In this document: positions 15,564-29,693 of the stretch, in pieces
How the letters are laid out: every line of letters begins with the position of its first letter
Numbering within the stretch: the stretch's first letter is position 1
Origin: Eledone cirrhosa
Lineage: Eukaryota
Direction: 5' to 3'
DNA: 64,000 nt
Assembly: GCA_964016885.1 (NCBI GenBank)
Contig: OZ024741.1
Span: forward strand, 130,572,001-130,636,000
Notes under the pieces: generated by a model
The model's input: the letters and a program-made list of their open reading frames with translations, nothing else
Database searches by the model: none
What the model was told of the DNA's origin: nothing
Made by a program: the position numbers and the translations under genes

Positions 15564-15681
<118 letters not shown>

Positions 15682-15708
15682 TCTTACATATATATATATG
15701 TGTGTGTG

Positions 15709-15801
<93 letters not shown>

Positions 15802-16099
15802 TTCCTAGAGTGGATTTATTTCCTAGAGTGCTTAAATTATTTGTGACTAATCCCGGTATTTTTTTTTTTTTTAAAAGACCGCGATGATATTGCTTTTTGC
15901 TGAACTCCTTTTGTAGAGTTTTCTTTCGGAATGTTTTTGATTGTTGTTTCATGTAAACAAACATTTGTCTCATTCTGACGTCACCAGCCCTGTTTTTCCA
16001 CATGTGCGTTTATTTTAATAACCACGCATGATGTTAAACTAGCCTGCTTCTAAATCCCTTTTTGGCATATTACCAGTGAGACCTTGGTTACCATGTTGA

Positions 16100-16181
16100 G
16101 CTCTGCTGATGAACGAAAACCAACCGTGACCATCCCCACTGAAAGTTTTTGTGAAATAGTATTTTCAAGACTATACAGAGC
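16100..16181 (+). ncRNA. Complete canonical type-I hammerhead ribozyme
   Basis: Stem I GCTCTG/CAGAGC; CTGATGA 16106-16112; stem II ACGAAAAC/GTTTTTGT; GAAA 16153-16156; stem III TAGT/ACTA; predicted cleavage after AUA at 16175. Confidence 0.88.
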
Positions 16182-16423
16182 ATTTGAAGTTGTCCCAAAT
16201 TGAAGGTTGAGTACTTTAGACTTTGTTTTATCATGAGTTAAGGCTCTATTGATTTTTCCCTGGATTTCTCTAAATTCTGTTGGATAAATCTATATCCTGA
16301 TTCCTTTTGAATTGAGTCTGAATTATTTTTCCCATATCTTATGTTAACTATTTTCCCATTTTGACGCTATAGTCACATATATGTTATGGAATACTGTTAG
16401 CTTCTCGCTACAACAATTTCTAT

Positions 16424-16492
<69 letters not shown>

Positions 16493-16522
16493 TTATATAT
16501 ATATGTGTGTGTGTGTGTGTAT

Positions 16523-16820
16523 ATCTATATATATATAAAACTGCTGTTGTCTCTGTGTGTGTCCTCATTTTTGCAAAGTCTATACAAATCCACATTTCTA
16601 CTCCGATTGACTTCAAACTTGCATCTTTATATCCCTTGCGGTCTAAAGATACTAACTGCAGCTTTTATTTTTCAAATTTCTGTTGTTAAAGTGGAGTTAA
16701 GCGCCGGTTATCTATCTCCGTCGAGCTCTTATAATATCTATCTGTATGTCTGTCTGTCTGCATAACGAGATTCTGACGAACACGTCATTGCTGACGTATT
16801 ATCTTCGCTACATTAACACA
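16523..16820 (+). mobile_element. Non-autonomous Helitron-like 5' segment
   Basis: a|TCtatatatatataaaactg...gtgtgtcc start; homologous to 26190-26480. Confidence 0.55.
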
Positions 16821-16840
16821 CACACACACATATATATACT

Positions 16841-16872
<32 letters not shown>

Positions 16873-17426
16873 CATATATACATATACACACATATATATA
16901 CACATATATATATATATATATATATACATATACATATGTGTATATATATATGTGTGTGTGTATACATATATTTGTTTGTGTTTATTTATATATATGTGTG
17001 TATATATATATATATATTTGTATATGCAGCTTCATGTGCAAATGAGATTAACCACCTCATTTACACAGACGATAAAACTATATATTCTAGCCTGTCTTCT
17101 AGTCCAGCAGTCGCAAGCGGTGGGAGGGGCCGTCCTGACGATAGCCAGTTAAGTCTGAAATGCATAGATGGTTGTCCCCCTTGCTTCAGCTGTTAGCCCC
17201 CCGGTGTTTGCATAGCTAGGGCTTCCTAAAACCGTATTTCTTTGGAGATACGAAATATTTATACATATTGTATAAAGCTATGCTTGAAGCGAAATCCTAT
17301 TTCTTTCATATGTATATGTGTTTGTATATATACATATACATATACAAACACATATACATATACAAACACATATACTTTTCTCGTCTGTGTAATGAGGTGA
17401 TTAATCTCATTTGCATATGAAGCTGC

Positions 17427-17479
<53 letters not shown>

Positions 17480-17597
17480 AATATATACATATATATAAAT
17501 AAACACAAACAAATATATGTATACACACACACACACATATATATATACACACACACACACATACATATATATATATATGCATACATACACACACATA

Positions 17598-17670
<73 letters not shown>

Positions 17671-17679
<9 letters not shown>

Positions 17680-18705
17680 TAAACAAATAATGAATAAACA
17701 ATTCCTTATATTAAACAAAAAAAGTTCATTATTTAACGATCGTTTCTAGGGTATATATGTGTTATAATTGGTATGCATATTCAACAGATCTATGTACAAA
17801 ATTATACAAAATTATACAAATTATCAAGATTAAATATACATACCTAACACATATATACGCCGTCTTCAGAAATAATGAAGTATATTTATTGATAATAACA
17901 ACAATTCAAAATATCAGTTCAAAATTGACCAATGAAAACACAAAGGGTTAAAAGCAGTTCGGTGTGTGTATATACATGTAAAATCCTTACACATATTTTA
18001 CAATAATGTGTGTATAATTTGTATGCGCATACTAAAAAGATGGATGCAAACACAAAATTTCAAGGTTAATATCTCTGTAAGCTTAATGCGCTGATAAGAT
18101 GCGCATTGATACTTATGGAGTCAAGCATATAAATATATTTTTTCATACTCACACATATCAGTATAATCACAATACATGCGCGTATATGCATAAATATACA
18201 CACAACCACGAACATACAAACACACACACTCCCCCACTCACATTTATATATGTGGATATAAAATCATAAGCACATAGAAATTAAGTCACTCACATAAAAC
18301 ACTGGCACACACATTTCAAGATCAAGATACAGAAATTAGGTGGGAGGGGGGGGAGGGGTCAGTATTCAATTGTCTGAGCAGACTGCCTAATATAAATGTA
18401 TCTATAAATTAAGAAAAATAAAAAAATAAAAACAATAAAATATAATAAATATAATATAATGTACATACACATACAGATATATATACACACATACATACAT
18501 GTACGCGCACATAGAGATATTTACGCATACACACATACACACATACATATACAGTCATACACACACATACACTTACACGAACATACACATACACATATAA
18601 AAAGATATATATATATATACACACACACGCGCGCAACACATACACACATACACATATATATAAAAAATAGATAATAAAGATACATATCCATATATATATA
18701 TATAT

Positions 18706-18760
<55 letters not shown>

Positions 18761-18849
18761 TATACATATACATACACATACATCTAAATATACATACACA
18801 TACATACACACATACATGTACATACATGTACATACATATACGCACATCG

Positions 18850-18881
<32 letters not shown>

Positions 18882-19057
18882 ACTCACATAGACATAAAGA
18901 TACATACACACACAACTTACATACACACGTATATATATATATATATATAGAGATGTACCTTCATACATAGAATTAGATATATAATCATACATACATATGC
19001 ACCTACTTATACTCATATAAATAAATACATACGCTTTCATATATGTGTATATACATA

Positions 19058-19117
<60 letters not shown>

Positions 19118-19408
19118 AGGTGTCTATGTGTGAATATATGTCTTTATTCGTATGTGTGTATTTATGTATGTATATATTTATGTGTATGTATGTATGTATG
19201 TGTATGTATGTATGTATATATATATATATATATATATGTATATGTATATATATATATGTATATTATTCTTTATTATTATTGTAATATAACTTATGTGTAT
19301 ATGTGTATAAGTGAGGTTGTGTATGTATATATAATATGTGTTTATATAAGAGTAATGAAATATATATATATATATATATGTGCATGTCTGTTTTTTATGT
19401 GTGTGTAT

Positions 19409-19442
<34 letters not shown>

Positions 19443-19534
19443 GTATACGTGTGTGTATGTAGATATATATATATATATATACATGTGGGTGTTTGTATGT
19501 GTATTTATGGTGGTATGAGTGTGTGGATATATAT

Positions 19535-19581
<47 letters not shown>

Positions 19582-19585
19582 TCTA

Positions 19586-19642
<57 letters not shown>

Positions 19643-19966
19643 ATATGTATGTGTGTGTATGTATATATATATGTGTATGTATGTGTGTATATATGTATAT
19701 CTCTATTAATGCGTGTGTGTATGTATATACATATGCCTTTTTATTATTATTTTCATTTGTATGTCTGAGTTTGGTGAGGTTGTATTGTTTTTTATGTATA
19801 TACACATATATGAAAGCGTATGTATTTATTTATATGAGTATAAGTAGGTGCATATGTATGTATGATTATATATCTAATTCTATGTATGAAGGTACATCTC
19901 TATATATATATATATATATACGTGTGTATGTAAGTTGTGTGTGTATGTATCTTTATGTCTATGTGA

Positions 19967-20014
<48 letters not shown>

Positions 20015-20103
20015 CGATGTGCGTATATGTATGTACATGTATGTACATGTATGTGTGTATGTATGTGTATGTATATTTAGATGTATGTGTATGTATATGT
20101 ATA

Positions 20104-20156
<53 letters not shown>

Positions 20157-21193
20157 ATATATATATATATATGGATATGTATCTTTATTATCTATTTTTT
20201 ATATATATGTGTATGTGTGTATGTGTTGCGCGCGTGTGTGTGTATATATATATATATCTTTTTATATGTGTATGTGTATGTTCGTGTAAGTGTATGTGTG
20301 TGTATGACTGTATATGTATGTGTGTATGTGTGTATGCGTAAATATCTCTATGTGCGCGTACATGTATGTATGTGTGTATATATATCTGTATGTGTATGTA
20401 CATTATATTATATTTATTATATTTTATTGTTTTTATTTTTTTATTTTTCTTAATTTATAGATACATTTATATTAGGCAGTCTGCTCAGACAATTGAATAC
20501 TGACCCCTCCCCCCCCCCTCCCACCTAATTTCTGTATCTTGATCTTGAAATGTGTGTGCCAGTGTTTTATGTGAGTGACTTAATTTCTATGTGCTTATGA
20601 TTTTATATCCACATATATAAATGTGAGTGGGGGAGTGTGTGTGTTTGTATGTTCGTGGTTGTGTGTATATTTATGCATATACGCGCATGTATTGTGATTA
20701 TACTGATATGTGTGAGTATGAAAAAATATATTTATATGCTTGACTCCATAAGTATCAATGCGCATCTTATCAGCGCATTAAGCTTACAGAGATATTAACC
20801 TTGAAATTTTGTGTTTGCATCCATCTTTTTAGTATGCGCATACAAATTATACACACATTATTGTAAAATATGTGTAAGGATTTTACATGTATATACACAC
20901 ACCGAACTGCTTTTAACCCTTTGTGTTTTCATTGGTCAATTTTGAACTGATATTTTGAATTGTTGTTATTATCAATAAATATACTTCATTATTTCTGAAG
21001 ACGGCGTATATATGTGTTAGGTATGTATATTTAATCTTGATAATTTGTATAATTTTGTATAATTTTGTACATAGATCTGTTGAATATGCATACCAATTAT
21101 AACACATATATACCCTAGAAACGATCGTTAAATAATGAACTTTTTTTGTTTAATATAAGGAATTGTTTATTCATTATTTGTTTAATATTTTAT
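17671..21193. repeat. About 1.4-kb near-perfect inverted repeat (PLE 3' UTR/pLTR plus inverted copy), about 0.72-kb spacer
   Basis: 17671-19063 is the reverse complement of 19787-21193; visible differences are mainly (TA)n lengths; HHR in each arm. Confidence 0.9.
20985..21139 (+). ncRNA. Type-I HHR with 116-nt stem II (inverted copy 17725-17879; relative 48044-48187, minus strand)
   Basis: TTCATTATTT-CTGAAGA-[cggcgtatatatgtgtta...taacacatatataccct a]-GAAAC gatc GTT-AAATAATGAA; perfect 10-bp stem I. Confidence 0.85.
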
Positions 21194-21324
21194 CTTGACT
21201 CTGTATACCGTTTATCTTTCACCGAAAGTGGATTTTCATTACATCTCTTCTTTCCATGATATCCGGAATACATTGAGTTCTTCATACGGATTGGACACTA
21301 CCGTAAACTCTTGGTAGATTTATC

Positions 21325-21383
<59 letters not shown>

Positions 21384-21592
21384 GGGATAACATGTTATCG
21401 TTATAGGCAATCCACTTAGAGGTAGTCCAGTTAGAGTACTCCGTGTTGTGGATGGTATTTGACTCAACAAGACGCTTCCATAGTGATGCAGCGAGTTCAT
21501 GGTGATTTCTATGTAGGTTATACTTGGAGTAATAATAATTCAAGAGATACGAGTAACATGGTTGTCTGTACAATAAGGGCTTTATTCACAGT

Positions 21593-21699
21593 GCTGACAA
21601 TTGTTTCTTTGATCTGGTAGCTCTAGAGTTCGCTAATCGCTAGATGTTGCGTCAATCGAACTCCAATACTTTGTTTATAACCAGTTAATTCATCAGAGC
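21593..21699 (-). ncRNA. Type-I HHR with 82-nt stem II
   Basis: Reverse complement: gct-CTGATGA-attaactggt...ggagttcg...cgaactct...accagatcaaa-GAAAC aatt GTC-agc. Confidence 0.75.
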
Positions 21700-22819
21700 G
21701 AGTTAATGTGAGGATAATATACAAGGCATGGCTTTTATAGAGGAGTGGTATTAGACCTGAACAATAATATCAATAACAAAATAACTAGACACTGAATAGT
21801 TAAATTAATAACATCAATATAAGTGAGAAATAGAATATAATGATAAGATGATAAAGCTAGCATGGTAACAGAAGTGATATGATACAGATGTATGAAGTTG
21901 ACATGTGAAAAGTACTATAGGTTATTTAGACGTAGTTTTTGAGGGATGGAGAGATAACTAATAAAATGTACCCAGAGTCAGATTTTTGGAGTCTGCCCCT
22001 TTAAGTGCAATTATGAGTGATCTAGATACAAGTGTGCTGTGGGTCTAAAGGCACGCGAGCAATAAACCGGAGATTGATTTATGGTCTGATAGATAAGTAT
22101 TTTCGTTGTATTAACTTAGTTATATTATTAGAGTGAGTGTATAAAGATATATGGTTCTTAGGTGGTATTAAGTGAAATTGTAGATTCAGTATTTTAAGGT
22201 TTAGGTGGCTTATTTTAAATGTTGGGATTGTTAGTTCGAATCATGGGGGTTTAGTTTTCACAACTTCGATGACAAATAGTGTATAATTAAGACAATAAAT
22301 CAACAATAAAATATGCATGGTAAATAGATAGAGAACATGATGAATAAAATTAGGGATAGGGTACATTGAGATGATCATAATAGTAATAATAAGAAAATAA
22401 ATAAGAAAGTAAGAGTTTCAAGGAGTGTAAGGGTAATAATTGTTTCTACTTTTGGCACAAGGCCAGCAATTATCACAGTACATTACTGGTACTTTATTTT
22501 ATCGACCCCGTAAGGATGAAAGGCAAAGTTATAATGTACTTAGAGTTAGGTTCATCTGTTAGAGATCATGGGTGCTAATGTGAGATATGTAGATATAATT
22601 GTTTAGTCCGAAAGAATAAACAACAGCAAATGCTAGATTGATTTATGGGCTGACATGATAATTGGTAGATGTTTGTAGATATTATTGCCCCATCTTGGTG
22701 ATATAGATGTAGGGAGGCTGGAAGATGTTTATAGTTCTGGGGTGGGCTGTGTGAGAATGCGGATTTCATACGTTAAATTCCAAGTGATTTTCCATTAAGT
22801 TCGGGGAGGCTGGTTCGAA

Positions 22820-25219
22820 TCACAGTGGTTTAAATCTCGTAAATTTAGTAGCAATCCTATGTCTGCAGAAAATTGACTTTTCTATTTTGCTGTTAAGTAG
22901 AATTTTATCGTACCTTAAGATATGTATCAATTCAAGGTTGCAGAGCCCGCAATGGGACATACCGCTGCTATAGGCCTTTGCGGCCGCTAATTTCGACCAG
23001 ATAATATTGTAATCAAGGTTTTTGTCCTTAAGTTGCCAGATTTTATTAGCGAGGGTTGTGGAATTCACCAGTGCACGGTTCTTCATTGAATGTCTGTGTA
23101 CATACCATCTTTTTTTAAAAACACCCGCGGTGGATCCAATGTAGTGCCAGGTGGAGTTGTCCGAGTTTACAGTACACATGTACACTAAGCTAGAATCCAG
23201 GCATCTATTCGCTAATGGGCATTTATCTGGTAGCTGGCAATTGCAGTTTGAAGTATTATTCTGTGCAGCTTTCGCATTGTGGTTCTGCAAATTGTTATGT
23301 GTGGGTTACGATTCATGCCTATTGAAGTTTTGCTTTGCTGTGTTCCGATACGTTTATGGTTGTGATACTGTTATGTGTTTGTGTTTAGTGTTTGGTGCTA
23401 TGTTGTGTATTTGTGGGGTAGTTTCCTTAGAGATATTCTTGTGGTTGATCTTACGTATGTGCAATTCAATGTTGGCAGCAGTAGAGTATGAAAGTTTTAT
23501 AGTTTTTCTATTGAAGATTTTATGGTATGTATGTGATGTAGGGAAGTGTTTATCTATTAGTTTAAAAAACGTAGAAGGCAGTTTAGTTCTTATAGAGGAG
23601 TTGAAGATCGGATTAAACCATAGGTATTTTCTTTCTCTAGTTCTTCTATAGTTTTGGGTTTTTTTATTATTAGTGTTTAGTCTTCCTACTCTTGGTGCTA
23701 ATTGTTTAGTTCTATGCCTAGTCCTGTATCTTTTATTTTGGTATGGGCGGTTGGTGTTGGTGTTATCTGGGGTGTTTGTGTCGTCCTTATCAGTTATAAA
23801 CTGCAGCTTATCCTTGTGTCCAGCCCTATGTAATGCTACGTTATACTAATTAGCATGTTCATTAACATTTCTAGGTTTGAGGATAGGCGGGATATTCTAA
23901 GGGATATACTACGTGCTAAGGATTTAATTATGGAACGGGGGTGGTTCGAGTTGTAACTAATGTAGGCTAGATTTTCATTATTTTTGTGGAAGGGTTCTAT
24001 CAATCCTGTGTTTAGGTTTAGAGTTATATCTAAAAAGTTTCTTTTTTAGAATTTAGTTCGAAAGTAATATCTAGGCCTCGTTTTTTTAAGAATGTTCTGT
24101 TTTTTCGTAACCTTTCCATGTTCTGGTTATTTAAGTTTTTAGCTATAATGAGCGTGTCATCTCTATAAATTCCTCCTTGGAGGTTATTGAAACCTTTATG
24201 TAGGTTGTGTGCTATAAATATCCCCACAACGTCCGTTATTTGCGCTGAGTCGTTCAATCCCATTGGGATATCGAAGCTATTCCTCCTATTTTTTCTTTCC
24301 CAGTAGCTATTTTCAAATTTTATGATAGTCCTTCTAGCAGCTAGTATTATTTTAATTTCATCTGAGGTAAGATCTGAGTTATTTTGGGCAAAGGTTAGCG
24401 CTTTATTTAGGGTGACTGGGGAGATTGATGCGTAGTAATCATTTATGTCGAATTGAATGAAGTTGTATGTTTCTCTGTTTCTTATTTTACTGAACCATTC
24501 TATTGCTTCGCTAGTGTTACCCCATAAACTGATTTCCAGTTTTCCATTAATTTGTGCGATTACCCTATCTAGAATGTTTTTGCTTATTTTACCGATATCT
24601 GACTTAGATGGGCATATTAATCTAATTGTAGGGTTTGTTTCAAAAATATTTTTGTGATCCTTAAGGCTAAATGTGGGGTTACATGGGGTTAGAGGTTCGG
24701 TTCTATCGGATATTTTCAGTTTTCTACTATGCTAAGTCCTTCCTTATTAATGCTAGGGAGTGTAGATTCATTTGTTTTTTTTTAAGTTCTTTTTTGCAGT
24801 TCACGTCGGATGAAATTATTGTATGTATTAAGGTCCATCGTATATACGTTTGATGTTTTGTCTGCTTTAACTATGATACCGTTGGTGCTTCTAAGTTTTT
24901 TTAGTAGTGTATTGATGTCGTTTTGTAATTTGATGTGATGTGTTTGCTTTATGAATTTAGTTCTACTTATCATGTTCATAAGATCCAGCTCGAAGGCATC
25001 GAGTGTGGGGTTATTTGCTGGGTTCTTGCAGGATTTGAATCCGTAGTTCTCTTTAGTAAATTCCTCCATGTTATTAGCGGGTCCTTTGTCGTAGTGGTAA
25101 GCTTTCCATCGGATTCGGCGGATGAATTCATTAGTCCGTTGTATCATGCCAAGTGTATATTCCTTATTTGTAGGTATAGGTATGTTTTTCAGTGACATGC
25201 TTATGTGGTGTTTTTCCAT
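22820..25219 (-). pseudogene. PLE polyprotein (RT + CNC/CPL linker + GIY-YIG), disrupted; Nematis/Neptune-like
   Basis: SLKNIPIP...FIRRIRWKAY...KADKTSNVY; MGLNDSAQITDVVG...IYRDD; CNCQLPDKCPLANRCL..LVY..YIGST..CGLC..CRH. Confidence 0.92.
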
Positions 25220-26089
25220 GTTGTTGCCGTGCGTTAATGTTGTTGCTCAACCTGGTGGGAGCTATGTATACGGGATAACAAGTTATCGTTATAGGCAATC
25301 CACTTAGAGGTAGTCCAGTTAGAGTACTCCGTGTTGTGGATGGTATTAACGTATTGCTTAGTTTGACTCAACAAGACGCTTCCATAGTGATGCAGCGAGT
25401 TCACGGTGATTTCTATGTAGGTTATACTTGGAGTAATAATAATTTATATATATATATATATACACACACACAGATACATTGTTGGTCGTTTTAACCCGTC
25501 TTTTATTATTCAAAAAACTTCTTGCCAATAAACATTAACCCTTTGAGCGCCATTCATCTAAATCTAGACCAACAAATACCAACTAAACGGAGCGTTGACA
25601 AGAACGATGGCGAATGAATCTTCGAGGTAAGCAGTTTCCTCCCGAGCTGTTAGTTCACGCGGGATTCTCTGCTACACCTTTTCGTAATAATACCGGACAA
25701 TACTGCTGATCACTCCTACCTCCAAAAGCCGTACAAAGCGGACATGTGTATCGGGCAGATGGATCGGGTTAAAATCTACACCAGACCTACACGAGAAATT
25801 CGCAAGGGATTGCACCGAGAGGGATAGAGAGAAAGAGTAGCTTAGTGGAAAGTGTCCGATTGAACTTTTGAGGTAAGTAGCCTACGCCTTACTGCTATGA
25901 CACTGGAACCTTCTGCCAACTTAACCTGTGACTTTCTCTTTCACATTTACTCCAAAAGGCCAAAACAGAGGAGTATGAAAAGAAGGGGCTCAACAATATG
26001 TCTATGAACAATGCACGTAGACAGCTAAACTGTACTTTCAACTTCTTAATTTTCTCCAAATAAAACAAGTTTCCTGTCGGTATATTTTC

Positions 26090-26624
<535 letters not shown>

Positions 26625-26635
26625 CATATATACAC

Positions 26636-26689
<54 letters not shown>

Positions 26690-26692
<3 letters not shown>

Positions 26693-27990
26693 TGAAAAAG
26701 AACAAAGGAACTATTATGACATTATAACAAGTTTATTGCCGACAGCCGTTTCGTCCGACCACATGGTGGGACTTTTCAAGGCATATAACATGTGACTGTA
26801 AGATCATTATCTACATCAACGTATCACTCAAGGCTAGCAGTTTGAATACATCAGCAGCTCGGCTTGTATAGTTGGGGTCTATATTCTAAGGGGGCTCTTT
26901 TATATTAGTTGTCGGGGTCAGGGATTGAAGGTTAAAAATTAGATAATATATAATTTACGCATTAACAGTAAACTAAAAGACTTGGGGTCCCGTAGAAGCA
27001 CCTTAAAAAATCCCTCAATAAGTGCATAAAGCTTACAGGCTCCAATAAACCTACTAAACTAGAAGAAATTAAGAGGCTAATAAAAATAAAAAATAAAAAA
27101 GATAAAGTTTCCCTAAAAAAATATATAAAGTTTTCTATGAAATTCCTTCTAGAGAAAAAAGTTTTTTTACGAAAGAAAAAAACTTTCTTCCCCCGAGATC
27201 ACGTTTACAAATTTCAGAAAACTTACGAAGTTTTGATATTCCCTACTAAGTTGAAAGAAACTAATCAATTAAAGGTTTATTCAAAGAGCCTTCTATAGTT
27301 CTCTCAGAAAAGGCCCCTTTAATATTTTTAATAGGAACCTCCTCCGAGAGACCCTTCGAAGAATTAAAATTTTAGAGAGCCTTTAAGGATATATATAAAA
27401 ACGAATTGAGGAAAACTATACATTAAAAGTTAAAAATTACGGTATTTGGGATATCCGAGGAATTTTCAAAGGGCTGCTTCAGCAGATACAACTTAGGCAT
27501 AATAGATACAATAATTTAAGTAATTTAAGTAATTTAATTAGGGAGCAATTCAAAGAGTTTATCAAGTTGGGCAAGATTAAAGAGAGTGGTAAATAAGAAA
27601 ATACATAAGCAAAAAGACAATAATTATAAAATGTATTTTTAAGAAGGTATAAGGTAGCTTCAGTAATCTAACAATGTATTATCACAAAAATCATTATAAA
27701 ATTATTGATACAGGATTAACAAAGACATAATAATATATATTCCTGCCTAATTAACAAGTAATCAAAACACTATTAACAGTCAGGCAAAATTAGCTCAGGG
27801 ATATCCCGCGCTCGGATACTTTACACACATACAGCAACACATAGGATTAGCACAGACACAATGGTATATTCCTGCCTAATTAGCAAACAATCGATTAACA
27901 ATTGATGGTCAAGAAAATGTACTCAGGGATATCCCGCGCACGGATATTTACATACATACAACAGGATGAACAGTACTGGTGACCGTGTGG
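26690..27990 (-). mobile_element. Probable PLE 3' UTR/pLTR with HHR (26737-26783) and internal ~130-bp tandem duplication
   Basis: Reverse complement: TGCC-TTGAAAA-GTCC..GGAC-GAAAC ggct GTC-GGCA then aataaa; ctcagggatatcccgcgc occurs twice at about 27794 and 27922. Confidence 0.65.
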
Positions 27991-28159
27991 GCGCGATATC
28001 CATTATGCGTATGTATATATATATATATATACATATACAAACACATATACACACATATATATATACACATATACATATATATAAATATACACTTAAAAAT
28101 CTATCTGTCTATCTATCTAGGGCGGGTAAAATTCCCGAGATCGATGGACGAGTTCTCTC

Positions 28160-28885
28160 CACCGTGAGTTTTGGCCGTGTAAAAAATTCAAACAACAAAA
28201 GATCCCCAATAGTGGGGAAACTTCCGAGGGACACTCGTGGCGAAAACCACACAAAAGACCACGGCCACCCTGACCTCCAGGGCAAGCGCCCTCTCTCAGT
28301 TTTCCACTCCTCAGTCTACAGGCGCATACTCAGAGCTGGCTGGGTCATGCGCCGGACATGTCCAGATGCTCGGCACCGCTCTCAAGGAATCAGAAGCAGT
28401 GACAGGAGCAAAGTTAAACCAGGAAAAGTCGGTGGGCTTGCAGCTCGGCACCTGGAGAGGCAAGTCCATGCCGCCCGACAGCGTCGTGGGGCGATGGACG
28501 GAAGGACCGGTTAAATTGCTCGGGGTCTGGTTCGGTCCGGACCTCCAGATGGAGAAAAACTGGAGCGAGGTGACGAACAGGGTGGCCTCTCTCACCCAGA
28601 AATGGGCCGAGAGGAAGCTGTCCCTGAAAGGTCGGGCAGAGGTGGCGAATGCGTTCATCGCATCCGTCATCTGCTACCGCCTAACCGTTGTGCCTTGCCC
28701 CGGCCCAACTCTGACAAAAAGGGAGCACCTCTACTTCCGCTTTTTATGGAAGGGACGTGCTCCCATGGTCAGACGATCCATCTGCTGTCAAGATCCGTTG
28801 CGTGGAGGGCTGGGCGTGCCGTGGCTGATGATGCCCAAACACGCGCTGAGGCTGCGACATCTCTGGTGCTTCCTTGATGGTGCAA
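28160..28885. mobile_element. Tx1/L1-like LINE fragment with 5' inversion
   Basis: 28366-28885(+) encodes GAKLNQEKS..VKLLGVWF..LSLKGRA..GGLG (cf. 57569-57960); 28160-28365 is the ORF2 end and 3' UTR on the minus strand. Confidence 0.85.
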
Positions 28886-28915
28886 AAATGAGGACACACG
28901 CACACACACACACCA

Positions 28916-29007
<92 letters not shown>

Positions 29008-29080
29008 TTTCACTTTTATATATATGTATAGATATACATACATATACAAACACATATACGCATATATATATATATATATA

Positions 29081-29620
29081 TTTCGTTTCTGAATTTGTTT
29101 AGCAAGATTCTTTATCTGAAATCGTGTGTTGAAACCGATATTGTTATACTTTGGGAGGGTCATGTTGCCAATAAGAAACACACGCACCAGTTGCTTTCAC
29201 TTCAATTTATTATAATAAATTTATAAATTTCTGGTTGGTTGGTTCCACAACCAGATAGTTGTTTATATATTGTCAAAGTTCTTTCGTCACACATTATGTG
29301 ACCTCTTCAGTGACTGGGGATTCTTTTCTTTGTTTTTGTGTCTCTCCTTTGTTCTGTCCTACGAGAAACAAAATGGCGTAGGACAGAACAAAGGAGAGAC
29401 ACAAAAACAAAGAAAAGAATCCCCAGTCACTGAAGAGGTCACAGAATGTGTGACGAAAGAACTTTGACAATATATAAACAACTATCTGGTTGTGGAACCA
29501 ATCAACCAACCAGAAATATATAAATTCCTAAATTTATCAATTTATTATAATAAATTGAAGTGAAAGCAACTGGTGCGTGTGTTTCTTATTGGCAACATGA
29601 CCCTCCCAAAGTATAACAAT
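29081..29620. mobile_element. Palindromic PLE pLTR pair with two HHRs (29272-29314 -, 29426-29468 +)
   Basis: Arms about 29140-29362 and 29377-29620; GTCA-CTGAAGA-g GTCACA gaatg TGTGAC-GAAAG aa CTT-TGAC. Confidence 0.85.
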
Positions 29621-29693
29621 ATATATATATATATATATACACATATACCTATATATAAATATACACATAAAAATATATCTATTTACTATCTAT

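Larger units (their letters stand above)
21381..25443 (-). mobile_element. Near full-length PLE flanked by direct pLTR repeats
   Basis: 21381-21540 repeats at 25269-25443; RT and GIY-YIG fragments in between; HHR 21593-21699; (TA)n on both sides. Confidence 0.92.

Noticed and set aside
25535-26050. piggyBac-like terminus TTAA|CCCTTT and downstream GC-richer block
   Set aside because: No matching second TIR or transposase similarity found by eye.
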